This document shows, piece after piece, positions 52,271 to 61,140 of a stretch of DNA of 64,000 nucleotides. The notes under the pieces were generated by a model. It saw only the letters and a program-made list of their open reading frames with translations, was not told where the DNA came from and made no database searches. The stretch lies in NCBI GenBank assembly GCA_965248535.1, contig CBDFJR010000002.1, forward strand, positions 1,824,001-1,888,000. The letters run 5' to 3'. Source of the DNA: Phormidesmis sp. Its GTDB lineage: Bacteria; Cyanobacteriota; Cyanobacteriia; Leptolyngbyales; Leptolyngbyaceae. The translations under genes were made by a program, and so were the position numbers. Position 1 is the stretch's first letter, and each line of letters opens with the position of its first letter.

Positions 52271-52567
52271 GTGACTATCTACGTTGGAAATCTGGCATTT
52301 CAGGCGACAGAAGACGACTTAAAAGAAGTTTTTGGTGAATATGGGGCGGTTAGTCGAGTCAGCTTGCCGACCGATCGTGAGACGGGCCGAAAGCGGGGCT
52401 TTGCCTTTGTTGAGATGGAAGACGAAGCCAAAGAAGATGCGGCGATCGTCGAACTTGATGGGGCAGAATGGCTCGGTCGCGAGTTAAAAGTCAACAAAGC
52501 AAAACCTAGAGAACCTCGCAGTGGAGATAGCGCTCCTAACAAGACGTTTACCAAGGCTCGCTATTAA
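52271..52567 (+). CDS. RRM RNA-binding protein (Rbp family)
   Basis: IYVGNL (RNP2), RGFAFVEM (RNP1); GGAG RBS before the GTG. Confidence 0.92.
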   Translation: MTIYVGNLAFQATEDDLKEVFGEYGAVSRVSLPTDRETGRKRGFAFVEMEDEAKEDAAIVELDGAEWLGRELKVNKAKPREPRSGDSAPNKTFTKARY

Positions 52568-52584
52568 ACTCAACTCAACCACCC

Positions 52585-52623
52585 AAAGGGGCGCAGTGTG
52601 GGATCGCGATCATGTGCCCCTTT
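52585..52623. terminator. Bidirectional terminator
   Basis: AAAGGGGCGCA...TGTGCCCCTTT between convergent genes. Confidence 0.6.
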
Positions 52624-52633
52624 GAGTCGAGCC

Positions 52634-53161
52634 TTACCCGCGCTGGTTGAGAAATTGTCCTGCCATGCCCATCACATCGCCGAGATCGACCGATCCATCA
52701 TGATTGGCATCGAGAAACGTGTTCAAAACTGGGTTGCCTGCCTGAGCATTTTGCGGGTTAGAGCCACTCTGCAAAAGATTGAGCACGATCGGCACTAAAA
52801 CGGGCAACATCGCCTGAATGGTGCCTGCGTTTAGCCCCGTCTGCTGAGAAATATCGCTAGTAACCTGCTGCTGCTGATCGGGAGAAAACACAGCTTGAAC
52901 GGCATCAGGGTTGTTGCCCAAACCGCCGAACTGGCTGACGAGCGACTGCACCTGATCGCCCCCCATAGTGGACTGTTTATCTTGCAGCGACGATCGCACA
53001 TGATTGCCGAGAGCCGACAAAATCATTTGAGTCGTGCCCGAATCGACTCCGTGGCTGCTGCCCAACTGCTGCGCCATGCCGAGAATGCCCCCTAGCTGAT
53101 CGGGGTTAGCTTGTTGTTGAGGGTTTCCGACCGCACTGATAATCTGATCAAAAAGGCTCAT
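52634..53161 (-). CDS. DUF937-like protein
   Basis: MSLFDQII, MLPVLVPIVLNLL, FLDANHDGSVDLGD. Confidence 0.75.
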   Translation of the reverse strand: MSLFDQIISAVGNPQQQANPDQLGGILGMAQQLGSSHGVDSGTTQMILSALGNHVRSSLQDKQSTMGGDQVQSLVSQFGGLGNNPDAVQAVFSPDQQQQVTSDISQQTGLNAGTIQAMLPVLVPIVLNLLQSGSNPQNAQAGNPVLNTFLDANHDGSVDLGDVMGMAGQFLNQRG

Positions 53162-53407
53162 AGATCTTTCTCCTCTGACAGGTTTAAACAATCGTGTGCT
53201 CTAAAATGCTGGCGCTGCCGAACCAAGATTTATTTAGCCTTTAGACAATAGAAAATCCATCGTCCAAAGTCAATCTGAAAGCTGAGGTTTTGCTTAAGCT
53301 CCACCAATCTCCCGCTTTAGGGGCGTTTTGCAGAGAAGGGATGCCGCAGAATGGAGACAGGTTTTCTGCTCTGCGATCGTCCTTCTGATTGAAACTGGGT
53401 TATCTCC

Positions 53408-55018
53408 ATGCCGCTGCCCCGACTTTTGACGCTGATCTTTGGTCTCACGCTCATTTTGGGGCTAATGATTTGGCTGATCGATTCGCTTTCTCGGTTGTCT
53501 TGGCAACTGGCTTACTATCCGTTGCTGGGGCCGATTTTGATCTTCTTGATCATTGCCCTGCTAGGCGTGTTGATTGCAGCCTTTGTCTACTATTTCTTTT
53601 GGCTGCCTCGTCAACAACAGCAGCGTAAACGCTCTCGCCGCACTGCTCCCAGGGTTTCACCCGTCAAAGCAGAAGCCGCCGAAGAAAATCTCAAAGCGGT
53701 GCGGCAGCAGTTAAAGCAGATTCAAGACGAGGTGACACGGCGAGAGATGTTGACGCGATCGCGCGAGATCGAGCAAAATCTCGCCCGTGGTGAACTGATG
53801 GTCGTCGTCTTTGGCACGGGATCGGCGGGCAAAACCTCAGTGGTGAATGCGCTGATGGGGCGAATGGTGGGCAAGGTCGGCGCTCCGATGGGCACAACCG
53901 AGGTCGGAGAAACCTATCGACTGAAATTAAAGGGAGTCGATCGAGAAATTTTGATCACTGACACGCCGGGAATTCTAGAAGCAGGCGTAGCCGGAACCGA
54001 ACGGGAAAAACTCGCTCGACGACTGGCGACGGAGGCAGACTTGCTGCTGTTTGTATTGGATAACGATCTGCGGCAGTCAGAATATGACCCGATGAAAATG
54101 TTGGCGGAGATTGGCAAACGCTCGATCGTGGTGGTCAACAAAGCCGATCTCTATCGAGAAGAGGATTTAGAAACCATTCTGGCTCGGCTGCGCGAACGGG
54201 TGCGTGGGGTGGTCTCGACTCTTGACGTGATCTCGATCGCCGCCAATCCTCAAGCAGCCAAACTTGACACCGGAGAAACGATTCAGCCCGATGCTGACAT
54301 CATGCCGTTAATTAGACGGATGGCGGCAATTTTGAGGGCAGAAGGCGAAGACCTGCTGGCCGACAATATTTTGCTGCAATCGCAGCGGCTAGGTGAAGAG
54401 GCCCGTCGTTTAATTGACGGTCAACGGCGACGACAGGCTGAAAAAATCGTCGAGCGGTTTCAGTGGATCGGGGCAGGCGTGATTGCAGTGACTCCGCTTC
54501 CGGTGGTGGATCTGTTGGCAACGGCTGCGGTCAATGCCCAAATGGTGGTCGAGATTGGCAGAGTTTATGGCTGCGAAATCAACATGGAGCGCGGGCGAGA
54601 AATGGCCCTATCGCTGGCTAAAACTCTGGTGAGTTTAGGCGTGGTCAAAGGCGCGATCGAGCTTCTCAGCACGGCCCTACAACTGAGCGTCGGCGGATTT
54701 CTCTTCGGGCGCGCTATTCAGGGCATCAGTGCGGCTTATCTGACTCGCATCGCAGGCAAAAGCTTTATTGAATACTTCCGGCATGACCAAGATTGGGGCG
54801 ATGGCGGCATTACTGAAGTGGTGCAGCGCCAGTTTCAACTCAATCGTCGCGACGAGTTTATCAAGTCCTTTGTGCAAGACGCGATCAAAAAAGTGATCCG
54901 ACCCTTGCAGCTTGAAGCCAAAATCGAAGACGATGACGAACCCGGTGCCCTTGTGCAGAGAGAGCCAGAACCCCTAGAAATGGAACCCCTCGAAGAGACG
55001 ATCGACGATTGGCGTTAA
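53408..55018 (+). CDS. Membrane-anchored GTPase with YcjF/DUF697 domain
   Basis: GTGSAGKTS, DTPG, NKAD, TPLPVVDLLA; two N-terminal TM segments. Confidence 0.85.
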   Translation: MPLPRLLTLIFGLTLILGLMIWLIDSLSRLSWQLAYYPLLGPILIFLIIALLGVLIAAFVYYFFWLPRQQQQRKRSRRTAPRVSPVKAEAAEENLKAVRQQLKQIQDEVTRREMLTRSREIEQNLARGELMVVVFGTGSAGKTSVVNALMGRMVGKVGAPMGTTEVGETYRLKLKGVDREILITDTPGILEAGVAGTEREKLARRLATEADLLLFVLDNDLRQSEYDPMKMLAEIGKRSIVVVNKADLYREEDLETILARLRERVRGVVSTLDVISIAANPQAAKLDTGETIQPDADIMPLIRRMAAILRAEGEDLLADNILLQSQRLGEEARRLIDGQRRRQAEKIVERFQWIGAGVIAVTPLPVVDLLATAAVNAQMVVEIGRVYGCEINMERGREMALSLAKTLVSLGVVKGAIELLSTALQLSVGGFLFGRAIQGISAAYLTRIAGKSFIEYFRHDQDWGDGGITEVVQRQFQLNRRDEFIKSFVQDAIKKVIRPLQLEAKIEDDDEPGALVQREPEPLEMEPLEETIDDWR

Positions 55019-55174
55019 ACCCACTGACGTTAAATCCAAGGGCAATAATTCCAAAATAGGCGCGGGGATCATCTCACCCCGCATATCTAAAAACTGCACC
55101 AGCACCAGATAGCCGATGCCCAAAATTAGCGCGATCGCGCCCGTCACATAAGCCACAAACTTCGAGCGATCCAT
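54974..55174 (-). CDS. Small membrane protein
   Basis: MDRSKFVAYVTGAIALILGIGYLVLVQFLDMRGEMIPAP. Confidence 0.7.
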   Translation of the reverse strand: MDRSKFVAYVTGAIALILGIGYLVLVQFLDMRGEMIPAPILELLPLDLTSVGLTPIVDRLFEGFHF

Positions 55175-55204
55175 AAAATTACTAAAAATCACAAACGACT
55201 ATAA

Positions 55205-55358
55205 ATCTCTCTGCTAGAGAACAGAATGTAAGGGCATGGCACCGCCGTGCCCATGAGATCTCTCTGCTAGAGAACAGAATGTAAGGGCATGGCATCGCCG
55301 TGCCCATGAGATCTCTCTGCTAGAGAACAGAATGTAAGGGCATGGCACCGCCGTGCCC
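55205..55358 (+). repeat. Tandem repeat, about 3 x 53 bp, each unit containing a family-A REP-like palindrome
   Basis: ATCTCTCTGCTAGAGAACAGAATGTAAGGGCATGGCAYCGCCGTGCCCATGAG at 55205, 55258 and 55311 (last copy 48 bp). Confidence 0.92.
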
Positions 55359-55507
55359 GTGGCCTGCGCCACCCACAAATATGGCTTCATCCGCCCTCCT
55401 AAGTCTAAGCAAGATTCGCCAACCTCGGATCTATCTCCTCAAAATCAGCCGAAACAGAAATCCGATAAAGTGGTTTAATGTCGTCTACACCTTGCTGACG
55501 AGACGAG

Positions 55508-56488
55508 ATGGATGCTGCCGTAGATTTACCGAGTCAACCGCCTGAGAACGATCGCCCGATCGTGATTCAAACCTACGACCTGAGCAAACGCTACCGAACT
55601 GGATTTTGGATGAATCAGACGGTGGCATCGCTCAAAACCGTTAACCTGACGGTCTATAAAGGTGAAACCTTTGGGCTGTTGGGTCAAAATGGCGCAGGCA
55701 AAACCACCCTGCTCAAAACGCTTTTAGGAATCGTGCGCCAAACGTCTGGGCGGGCAACGCTATTAGGAGAGCCTCTGGGCGATCGTGTCGTTAAACAGCG
55801 CATCGGCTATCTGCCCGAAAATCCCTATTTCTATGACTATCTGACGGGTTGGGAGATTTTGAAGTTTGCGGCCGGGTTATTTCAGGTGCCACGATCGGTG
55901 CAGCGCAAACGCATCCCCGAACTGCTTGACCTGGTGGGCTTGTCTCACGCGACCGCCCGCAAAAAGCAACTGCGACAATATTCTAAGGGAATGCTGCAAC
56001 GCATTGGCATGGCCCAGGCTCTCATCAACGATCCAGAATTGGTGTTTTTAGATGAGCCGATGTCAGGTTTAGATCCGCTCGGACGCTATCAACTGCGAGA
56101 AATTATTCTGTCTCTCAAGTCTCAAGGCAAGACAATTTTTTTTAACAGTCACGTCTTGTCGGATGTCGAAAAGATCTGCGATCGTGTCGCCATTCTCGCC
56201 CAAGGAGAATTGATTTCGGTCGGCTCGTTGCAAGATCTGTTGGGCACTGCCGACACTTATCAAGTCAAAGTCAAAGGCGGAAACCCCGACGTGCTCAAGC
56301 AGTGGATCGTTGATTTAGAATTTCAAGAAGGCTATTGGCGGGGACATCTCAAGGGCGATCCCCAAGATTTCATAGCCAGCCTGCGATTGATGAGAGCGCA
56401 GTTGATTTCAATTCAGTTAGCTCGCCCGTCGCTCGAAGAGTTTTTTGTGCAACAGTTGCACGATCGTGGCATTCACTCCAGCAGTTAA
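55508..56488 (+). CDS. ABC transporter ATP-binding protein
   Basis: GQNGAGKTT, YSKGMLQR, LDEPMSGLD. Confidence 0.92.
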   Translation: MDAAVDLPSQPPENDRPIVIQTYDLSKRYRTGFWMNQTVASLKTVNLTVYKGETFGLLGQNGAGKTTLLKTLLGIVRQTSGRATLLGEPLGDRVVKQRIGYLPENPYFYDYLTGWEILKFAAGLFQVPRSVQRKRIPELLDLVGLSHATARKKQLRQYSKGMLQRIGMAQALINDPELVFLDEPMSGLDPLGRYQLREIILSLKSQGKTIFFNSHVLSDVEKICDRVAILAQGELISVGSLQDLLGTADTYQVKVKGGNPDVLKQWIVDLEFQEGYWRGHLKGDPQDFIASLRLMRAQLISIQLARPSLEEFFVQQLHDRGIHSSS

Positions 56489-56498
56489 CCAGATTTTT

Positions 56499-57266
56499 AT
56501 GAATTCCCCAACGCCCGTCCTTTCTGCTTCGGGATTGATCAAAAGCTTTGGCGGCGTGATGGCGGTCAACAACGCCTCGATCGAGGTCGCTCCCGGCAGC
56601 GTCACCGGGTTGATCGGCCCCAATGGCGCGGGCAAAACGACGCTGTTTAATCTGCTGTCTAACTTTATCCATCCTGACCAGGGGCAGGTGCTGTTTGACG
56701 GAGAGCCGATTCAAAATTTGCAGCCTCACCAAATCGCTCAACGGGGCATGGTTCGGACGTTTCAGGTTGCCCGCGTGCTGTCTCGCCTGTCGGTTTTAGA
56801 AAATTTGCTGTTAGCGGCTCAACACCAGACAGGGGAAAAATTTTGGAGCACCTGGTTTTTAGGCAAACAGATCGCCAAAGAGGAGCGAGAAGCCCGCGAT
56901 CGGGCCATGGAAATCTTAGAATCGGTCGGGCTGGCAGCCAAAGCCCAAGACTATGCGGGTGGGTTGTCGGGCGGACAGCGCAAATTATTAGAGATTGCCC
57001 GATCGCTGATGACCCGTCCAAAACTTGTGCTGCTCGATGAGCCTGCGGCGGGAGTTAATCCCACTTTGATCAACCAAATCTGCGAATACATTCACTACTG
57101 GAACCGTCAGGGACTGTCTTTTTTGATCATCGAACACAACATGGATGTGATTATGACGTTGTGCGATCGCGTTTGGGTGCTCGCTGAGGGCAGCAATCTC
57201 GCTGTTGGCTCTCCCAGTGAGATTCAAACCAATGCTCAGGTTTTAGAAGCCTATTTGGGACAGTGA
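56499..57266 (+). CDS. Branched-chain/neutral amino acid ABC ATP-binding protein (LivG/NatA-like)
   Basis: GPNGAGKTT, LSGGQRKLLE, DEPAAGVNP, EAYLG. Confidence 0.88.
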   Translation: MNSPTPVLSASGLIKSFGGVMAVNNASIEVAPGSVTGLIGPNGAGKTTLFNLLSNFIHPDQGQVLFDGEPIQNLQPHQIAQRGMVRTFQVARVLSRLSVLENLLLAAQHQTGEKFWSTWFLGKQIAKEEREARDRAMEILESVGLAAKAQDYAGGLSGGQRKLLEIARSLMTRPKLVLLDEPAAGVNPTLINQICEYIHYWNRQGLSFLIIEHNMDVIMTLCDRVWVLAEGSNLAVGSPSEIQTNAQVLEAYLGQ

Positions 57267-57341
57267 TCCCCAAGAGTTTGAGCAGTGGTTTAGAGAATAG
57301 GAACGGTATGATTGAAGAGAAGTTAATTTATGTAACGTTCT

Positions 57342-57956
57342 TTGACTGCCACCTTTAAACCCACCGATAGCGTCATTCTGCCCACTAGCTGGAACTGTCT
57401 CAATCCCGTTTGGCAGGGCAACGATCGCGACGTTCAGCAAGGTTTGCCCCACAGCCAGTTAGCCCCCACCTGGCAAATGCTGCTGCTAGGAGATGGTTCC
57501 CCAACTCGTCACCTGCAACTCTTGACAGGCGAACCGACGGAAGTAGACGTGATCGATATGTCTACGATCGGGTTCGATCTCGACAATGCCCCTGCCTCGA
57601 TCGAGCGTGTGCCCGGCCCGCGAGTGCGGCGACAAGTTTGGCTGAGAACTGCCTCTGGGCAACGATTAGCCTATGCCACCTCTTGGTGGGAGCAAAGCCA
57701 CGTTGATGACTATTTGCAGAACCGATCGCTGCCCATCTGGGCCAGTCTCGCCCGGCTGCGAACTGAGCTATATCGAGACGTGCAGGGCATTTGCTATGGT
57801 CACTCTAGCGCCCTAGAAACCGCCTTTGAGCAATCGGGTGCTTTTTGGGGACGACACTATCTTTTCTGGCACCACGGGCAGCCTCTGACTTTGATCTACG
57901 AAGTGTTTTCACCCTACTTACAGAAATATCTGGGTGAAATGCAGCTTCCTCCTTAA
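57342..57956 (+). CDS. Chorismate lyase-like protein (DUF98)
   Basis: LLGDGSPTRHL, RRQVWL, LIYEVFSP. Confidence 0.8.
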   Translation: MTATFKPTDSVILPTSWNCLNPVWQGNDRDVQQGLPHSQLAPTWQMLLLGDGSPTRHLQLLTGEPTEVDVIDMSTIGFDLDNAPASIERVPGPRVRRQVWLRTASGQRLAYATSWWEQSHVDDYLQNRSLPIWASLARLRTELYRDVQGICYGHSSALETAFEQSGAFWGRHYLFWHHGQPLTLIYEVFSPYLQKYLGEMQLPP

Positions 57957-58552
57957 GCGTCCCGAACTGTTCTGAGATAGCGAGGGCGGCAGGGAGTCCC
58001 CCAACAAACCTGCTGTTCTGGCAGTGACGAAAAAACGCTGCTTCTGGCTCCTACTAAAGCGTTGGCTCCAATCTCAACACCTGCCCCGATAAAGCAATCC
58101 GTGGCGATCCAGACTCCGTTGCCGATGGCGATCGCAGCCGTCACCAGCCCAAATCTAGGATCTTGAGGGTCATGACTCCCGGTGCACAAATAGCTTTTTT
58201 GAGAAATCACACACTGCTCACCGATCTGAATCGACTCCAAACTATAGAAAACTACGTCATCGCCGATCCAGCTATAGTCCCCGATCGTCACCTTCCACGG
58301 ATAGGTAAACCGAGCCGTCGGACGAATCAGCACCGCTTTGCCAATTTTTGCCCCAAACAGCCGCAACAGATGACATCGCACCGAGTTCAACGGGTGAGGA
58401 GTCAACGGAAACACGACCCCTTGCACGAGCCACCACAGCAGCACATACCAACCGGGGCGGCCACGATCGAAGCCAGTCTGGTCATAGTGTCGCAAGTCAA
58501 TGAGGGGTTTTACAGCCAAAACCGGGGGACGTTCTGCCGATTCTTCATCCAT
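57953..58552 (-). CDS. wcaF: WcaF-like polysaccharide acetyltransferase
   Basis: LLRLFGAKIG, YPWKVTIGDYSWIG, YLCTGSHD; hexapeptide repeats. Confidence 0.85.
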   Translation of the reverse strand: MDEESAERPPVLAVKPLIDLRHYDQTGFDRGRPGWYVLLWWLVQGVVFPLTPHPLNSVRCHLLRLFGAKIGKAVLIRPTARFTYPWKVTIGDYSWIGDDVVFYSLESIQIGEQCVISQKSYLCTGSHDPQDPRFGLVTAAIAIGNGVWIATDCFIGAGVEIGANALVGARSSVFSSLPEQQVCWGTPCRPRYLRTVRDA

Positions 58553-58554
58553 TG

Positions 58555-59315
58555 TTATGCCGCCTGAGTCATCGATAGTGATGTAGTGATGAATTTATAC
58601 ATATACTTGGGAGTTGAGTTATTTTGAGATTGTTGAAAAGATGATTATGTTAAAAAGCGTAGATTGATTTGTAGAGGTAGATTGCAATGAACCATGAGAA
58701 ACGTCTCACAGCGATGCTCATACCGTTTTATCTAGGAGAGGAGCAAGATCCAGAAGGACGGATGATTCAAGATATGTGGGCATGGGATTTTGAAGACCTA
58801 GAATGTGCTCATGATTACATCCAGTGGTTGTTCCCAATCTCGGAGAAGAGTGCGTTTAACATGGATGCACCCGTTGTAGATGAAGAAGTTATTCAAGCGT
58901 TTCAAAGTGATCAACGCTTGCATCAAAATTTACTGAAATCGTTTACGGTCATGCTTCGGTTTTATGGGTTGCAGTGCGATCGGAAGGAAACGGAAAAAGC
59001 AGTTGTTAGTCGCTCAGAAGACTATCCAATGCGTAAGCGTGAATGGGTATGCAGGTTTGACCACAATTATCTTCGGATTACCCGTATCTTAAAATGCCTA
59101 ATGACATTCGGTTTGGAAGACGAAGCACGAGCATTTTATGAATGCTTGCGACAAATCTACCGTGAAGACAGTGATCAGATTGGAGGGGAGACATTTCAGT
59201 ATTGGGCAAATGCAGTCAAACCCAGCGTGGCAGCATAACAATCCGCTTGCACGCCGACTCTATGAATATAGGTGGTTGAGTTCGAGAGGTTCTTAGCAGC
59301 GAGTGAAGCGGAACG
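58555..59315 (+). mobile_element. Solitary integron-type gene cassette (761 bp)
   Basis: Starts G|TTATGC (58554-58560); the gene ends in the complementary GCATAAC (59233-59239); the attC ends at G|TT (59315); excision restores the RBS-ATG of wcaF. Confidence 0.8.
58687..59238 (+). CDS. Opioid growth factor receptor (OGFr)-like domain protein
   Basis: LECAHDYIQWLFP, FYGL, HNYLRITRILKCL; GAGG RBS. Confidence 0.8.
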   Translation: MNHEKRLTAMLIPFYLGEEQDPEGRMIQDMWAWDFEDLECAHDYIQWLFPISEKSAFNMDAPVVDEEVIQAFQSDQRLHQNLLKSFTVMLRFYGLQCDRKETEKAVVSRSEDYPMRKREWVCRFDHNYLRITRILKCLMTFGLEDEARAFYECLRQIYREDSDQIGGETFQYWANAVKPSVAA

Positions 59316-59321
59316 TTCTCC
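59233..59321 (+). other. attC site
   Basis: R'' GCATAAC; arm TCCGCTT-G-CAC (59242-59252) pairs with GTGAAGCGGA (59303-59312) with one extrahelical base; R' GTT at 59315. Confidence 0.8.
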
Positions 59322-59324
59322 TCG

Positions 59325-60266
59325 TCAAGATTCGGTTTGGGCAACGGCTTGAGAAGTCACTCCAGAAGACTCGGTTTTGCTCGTATTTAAGGTGCCGCCA
59401 CACTGCCGCAGTTCGTAGAGTTTTACGCCAATTTGATATTCATATTGGCTCAACAATCGTCCGTAAATGTAGCCTGCTTTTCCGTCTAAAAAGCCTAACC
59501 GGAAGATGTAGAAAAGAACAAATCGTAAGAGCGGCTTAAATGGAAGTCTGACCCAAATGTTCTTTAAAAATCGCTTGCGCTGCACAGCATTGCCAAAGAA
59601 ATTGGCTCCGATCGTGCCCTGCTCACTCTTGCCCATCAGCAGATTTAAATAAACTTGGGCCTCCCAATTTGAGTAGCGGTTGTGTCGCTCTAGCCAGTGA
59701 TAGAGATCTTTAAAGTCGATGTGCAGCATATCTTGCTTGAGATAGCCAACTTTTCCCGACAAGATGACGTGCTCATGCACCTCGTTATCGCCCGTGTTGC
59801 GAATCTCCTCCGTTTTCAGGTTTTCATAGCGCCCGTGAGAATGGCGAAACAATCGCAGATTCCAATCAGGATATTTGCCGCCGTAGCGAATCCATTGACC
59901 GAGAAAAAAGACTTTGCGATTCAGATAATAGCCCTCACACTCCGATTGCTGAATCGCCGTCTCGATTTCGTCCCAGAGTTCCGGGGGAATGCGCTCATCA
60001 CAATCGACAATCAGCACCCACTCATTGCGAAACGGCAGATTTTCGAGCGACCAGTTTTTCTTCTTCGGCCAACGGCCATTAAATTGAAACTGCACCACCT
60101 GAGCGCCGTAGTTTTGAGCAATCTCGATCGAGCGATCGCGGCTCTGAGAATCGACCACAAACACCTCATCGGCTCTGGCGACACTTTCAAGACACGCCGG
60201 GAGGTTGGCTTCTTCGTTAAGAGCCGGGATGAGCACCGAAACCGGAATTTTGGGCTTAGAGTTCAT
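59325..60266 (-). CDS. Glycosyltransferase family 2
   Basis: VSVLIPALNEE, VVDSQSRD, IVDCDE, VHEH, FLDGKAG. Confidence 0.9.
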   Translation of the reverse strand: MNSKPKIPVSVLIPALNEEANLPACLESVARADEVFVVDSQSRDRSIEIAQNYGAQVVQFQFNGRWPKKKNWSLENLPFRNEWVLIVDCDERIPPELWDEIETAIQQSECEGYYLNRKVFFLGQWIRYGGKYPDWNLRLFRHSHGRYENLKTEEIRNTGDNEVHEHVILSGKVGYLKQDMLHIDFKDLYHWLERHNRYSNWEAQVYLNLLMGKSEQGTIGANFFGNAVQRKRFLKNIWVRLPFKPLLRFVLFYIFRLGFLDGKAGYIYGRLLSQYEYQIGVKLYELRQCGGTLNTSKTESSGVTSQAVAQTES

Positions 60267-60448
60267 GAGTACAAAAAATTAGGCGTGAACGCAACCCAGG
60301 ATTTAACTAAACTAATATAGCTCTACCCCTGAATTGATGTTTTTTAGTGTTCCCATCTGTCAGCCTTTCAAAAACAATGCCCAGCGCTTGATCGGGCAGA
60401 GACTGATGGATAATAAGGTTTCTCACCCCTCATCCTTGATTTCTACCT

Positions 60449-61135
60449 ATGCTGCCCTGGTATATCAATAATGAACTTCTGCTGATCCTGGCTTATGTGC
60501 TGGGTTCGCTGCCGACGGGCTATCTAGCCGGCCGGTTGCTCAAAGGCATTGATATTCGAGAAGTCGGCTCAGGGTCAACGGGGGCAACCAACGTTTTGCG
60601 AAACTTGGGGAAAGCGCCCGCGATCGTGGTCTTACTCATCGATGTTTTAAAAGGAGTGTTGGCGATCGAGGCAGTCAATTTTGCCTTTACTCGGCTCCCC
60701 GGCTGGCTCTATTACACCAAAGTGGTCGATGTGAATCTGATCCACTGGCAGCCCTGGATGATTATTGGGGCGGGGCTACTGGCCCTATTGGGTCACAGCA
60801 AACCGATCTGGCTCAACTTCAAAGGCGGCAAATCGGTGGCCACCAGCATCGGCGTTTTGTTAGCGATGGATTGGCGAGTCGGGTTAAGCACGATCGCCAT
60901 CTTTTCAGTCAGCATTGCCTTTAGTCGCATTGTCTCCCTAAGCTCGATCACGGGGGCGATCAGCGTCACAGCGTTCATGATCGCATTTCGTCAGCCCTTA
61001 CCCTATTGCTTATTTGCGATCTCGGGTGGAATTTACGTGATCTGGCTCCATCGCGCTAACGTTCAGCGATTGCTGATCGGCACCGAACCCCAAATCGGAC
61101 AAGCGATCCCGGAGCCACCCGGAGACGGCAGCTAG
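60449..61135 (+). CDS. plsY: Glycerol-3-phosphate acyltransferase
   Basis: DIREVGSGSTGATNVLR, FKGGKSVAT, HRANVQRL. Confidence 0.93.
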   Translation: MLPWYINNELLLILAYVLGSLPTGYLAGRLLKGIDIREVGSGSTGATNVLRNLGKAPAIVVLLIDVLKGVLAIEAVNFAFTRLPGWLYYTKVVDVNLIHWQPWMIIGAGLLALLGHSKPIWLNFKGGKSVATSIGVLLAMDWRVGLSTIAIFSVSIAFSRIVSLSSITGAISVTAFMIAFRQPLPYCLFAISGGIYVIWLHRANVQRLLIGTEPQIGQAIPEPPGDGS

Positions 61136-61140
61136 ACAGC

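Noticed and set aside
55205..55358. Possible mini CRISPR array
   Set aside because: The sequences between palindromes are identical rather than unique spacers, and there are no cas genes; it is a tandem repeat
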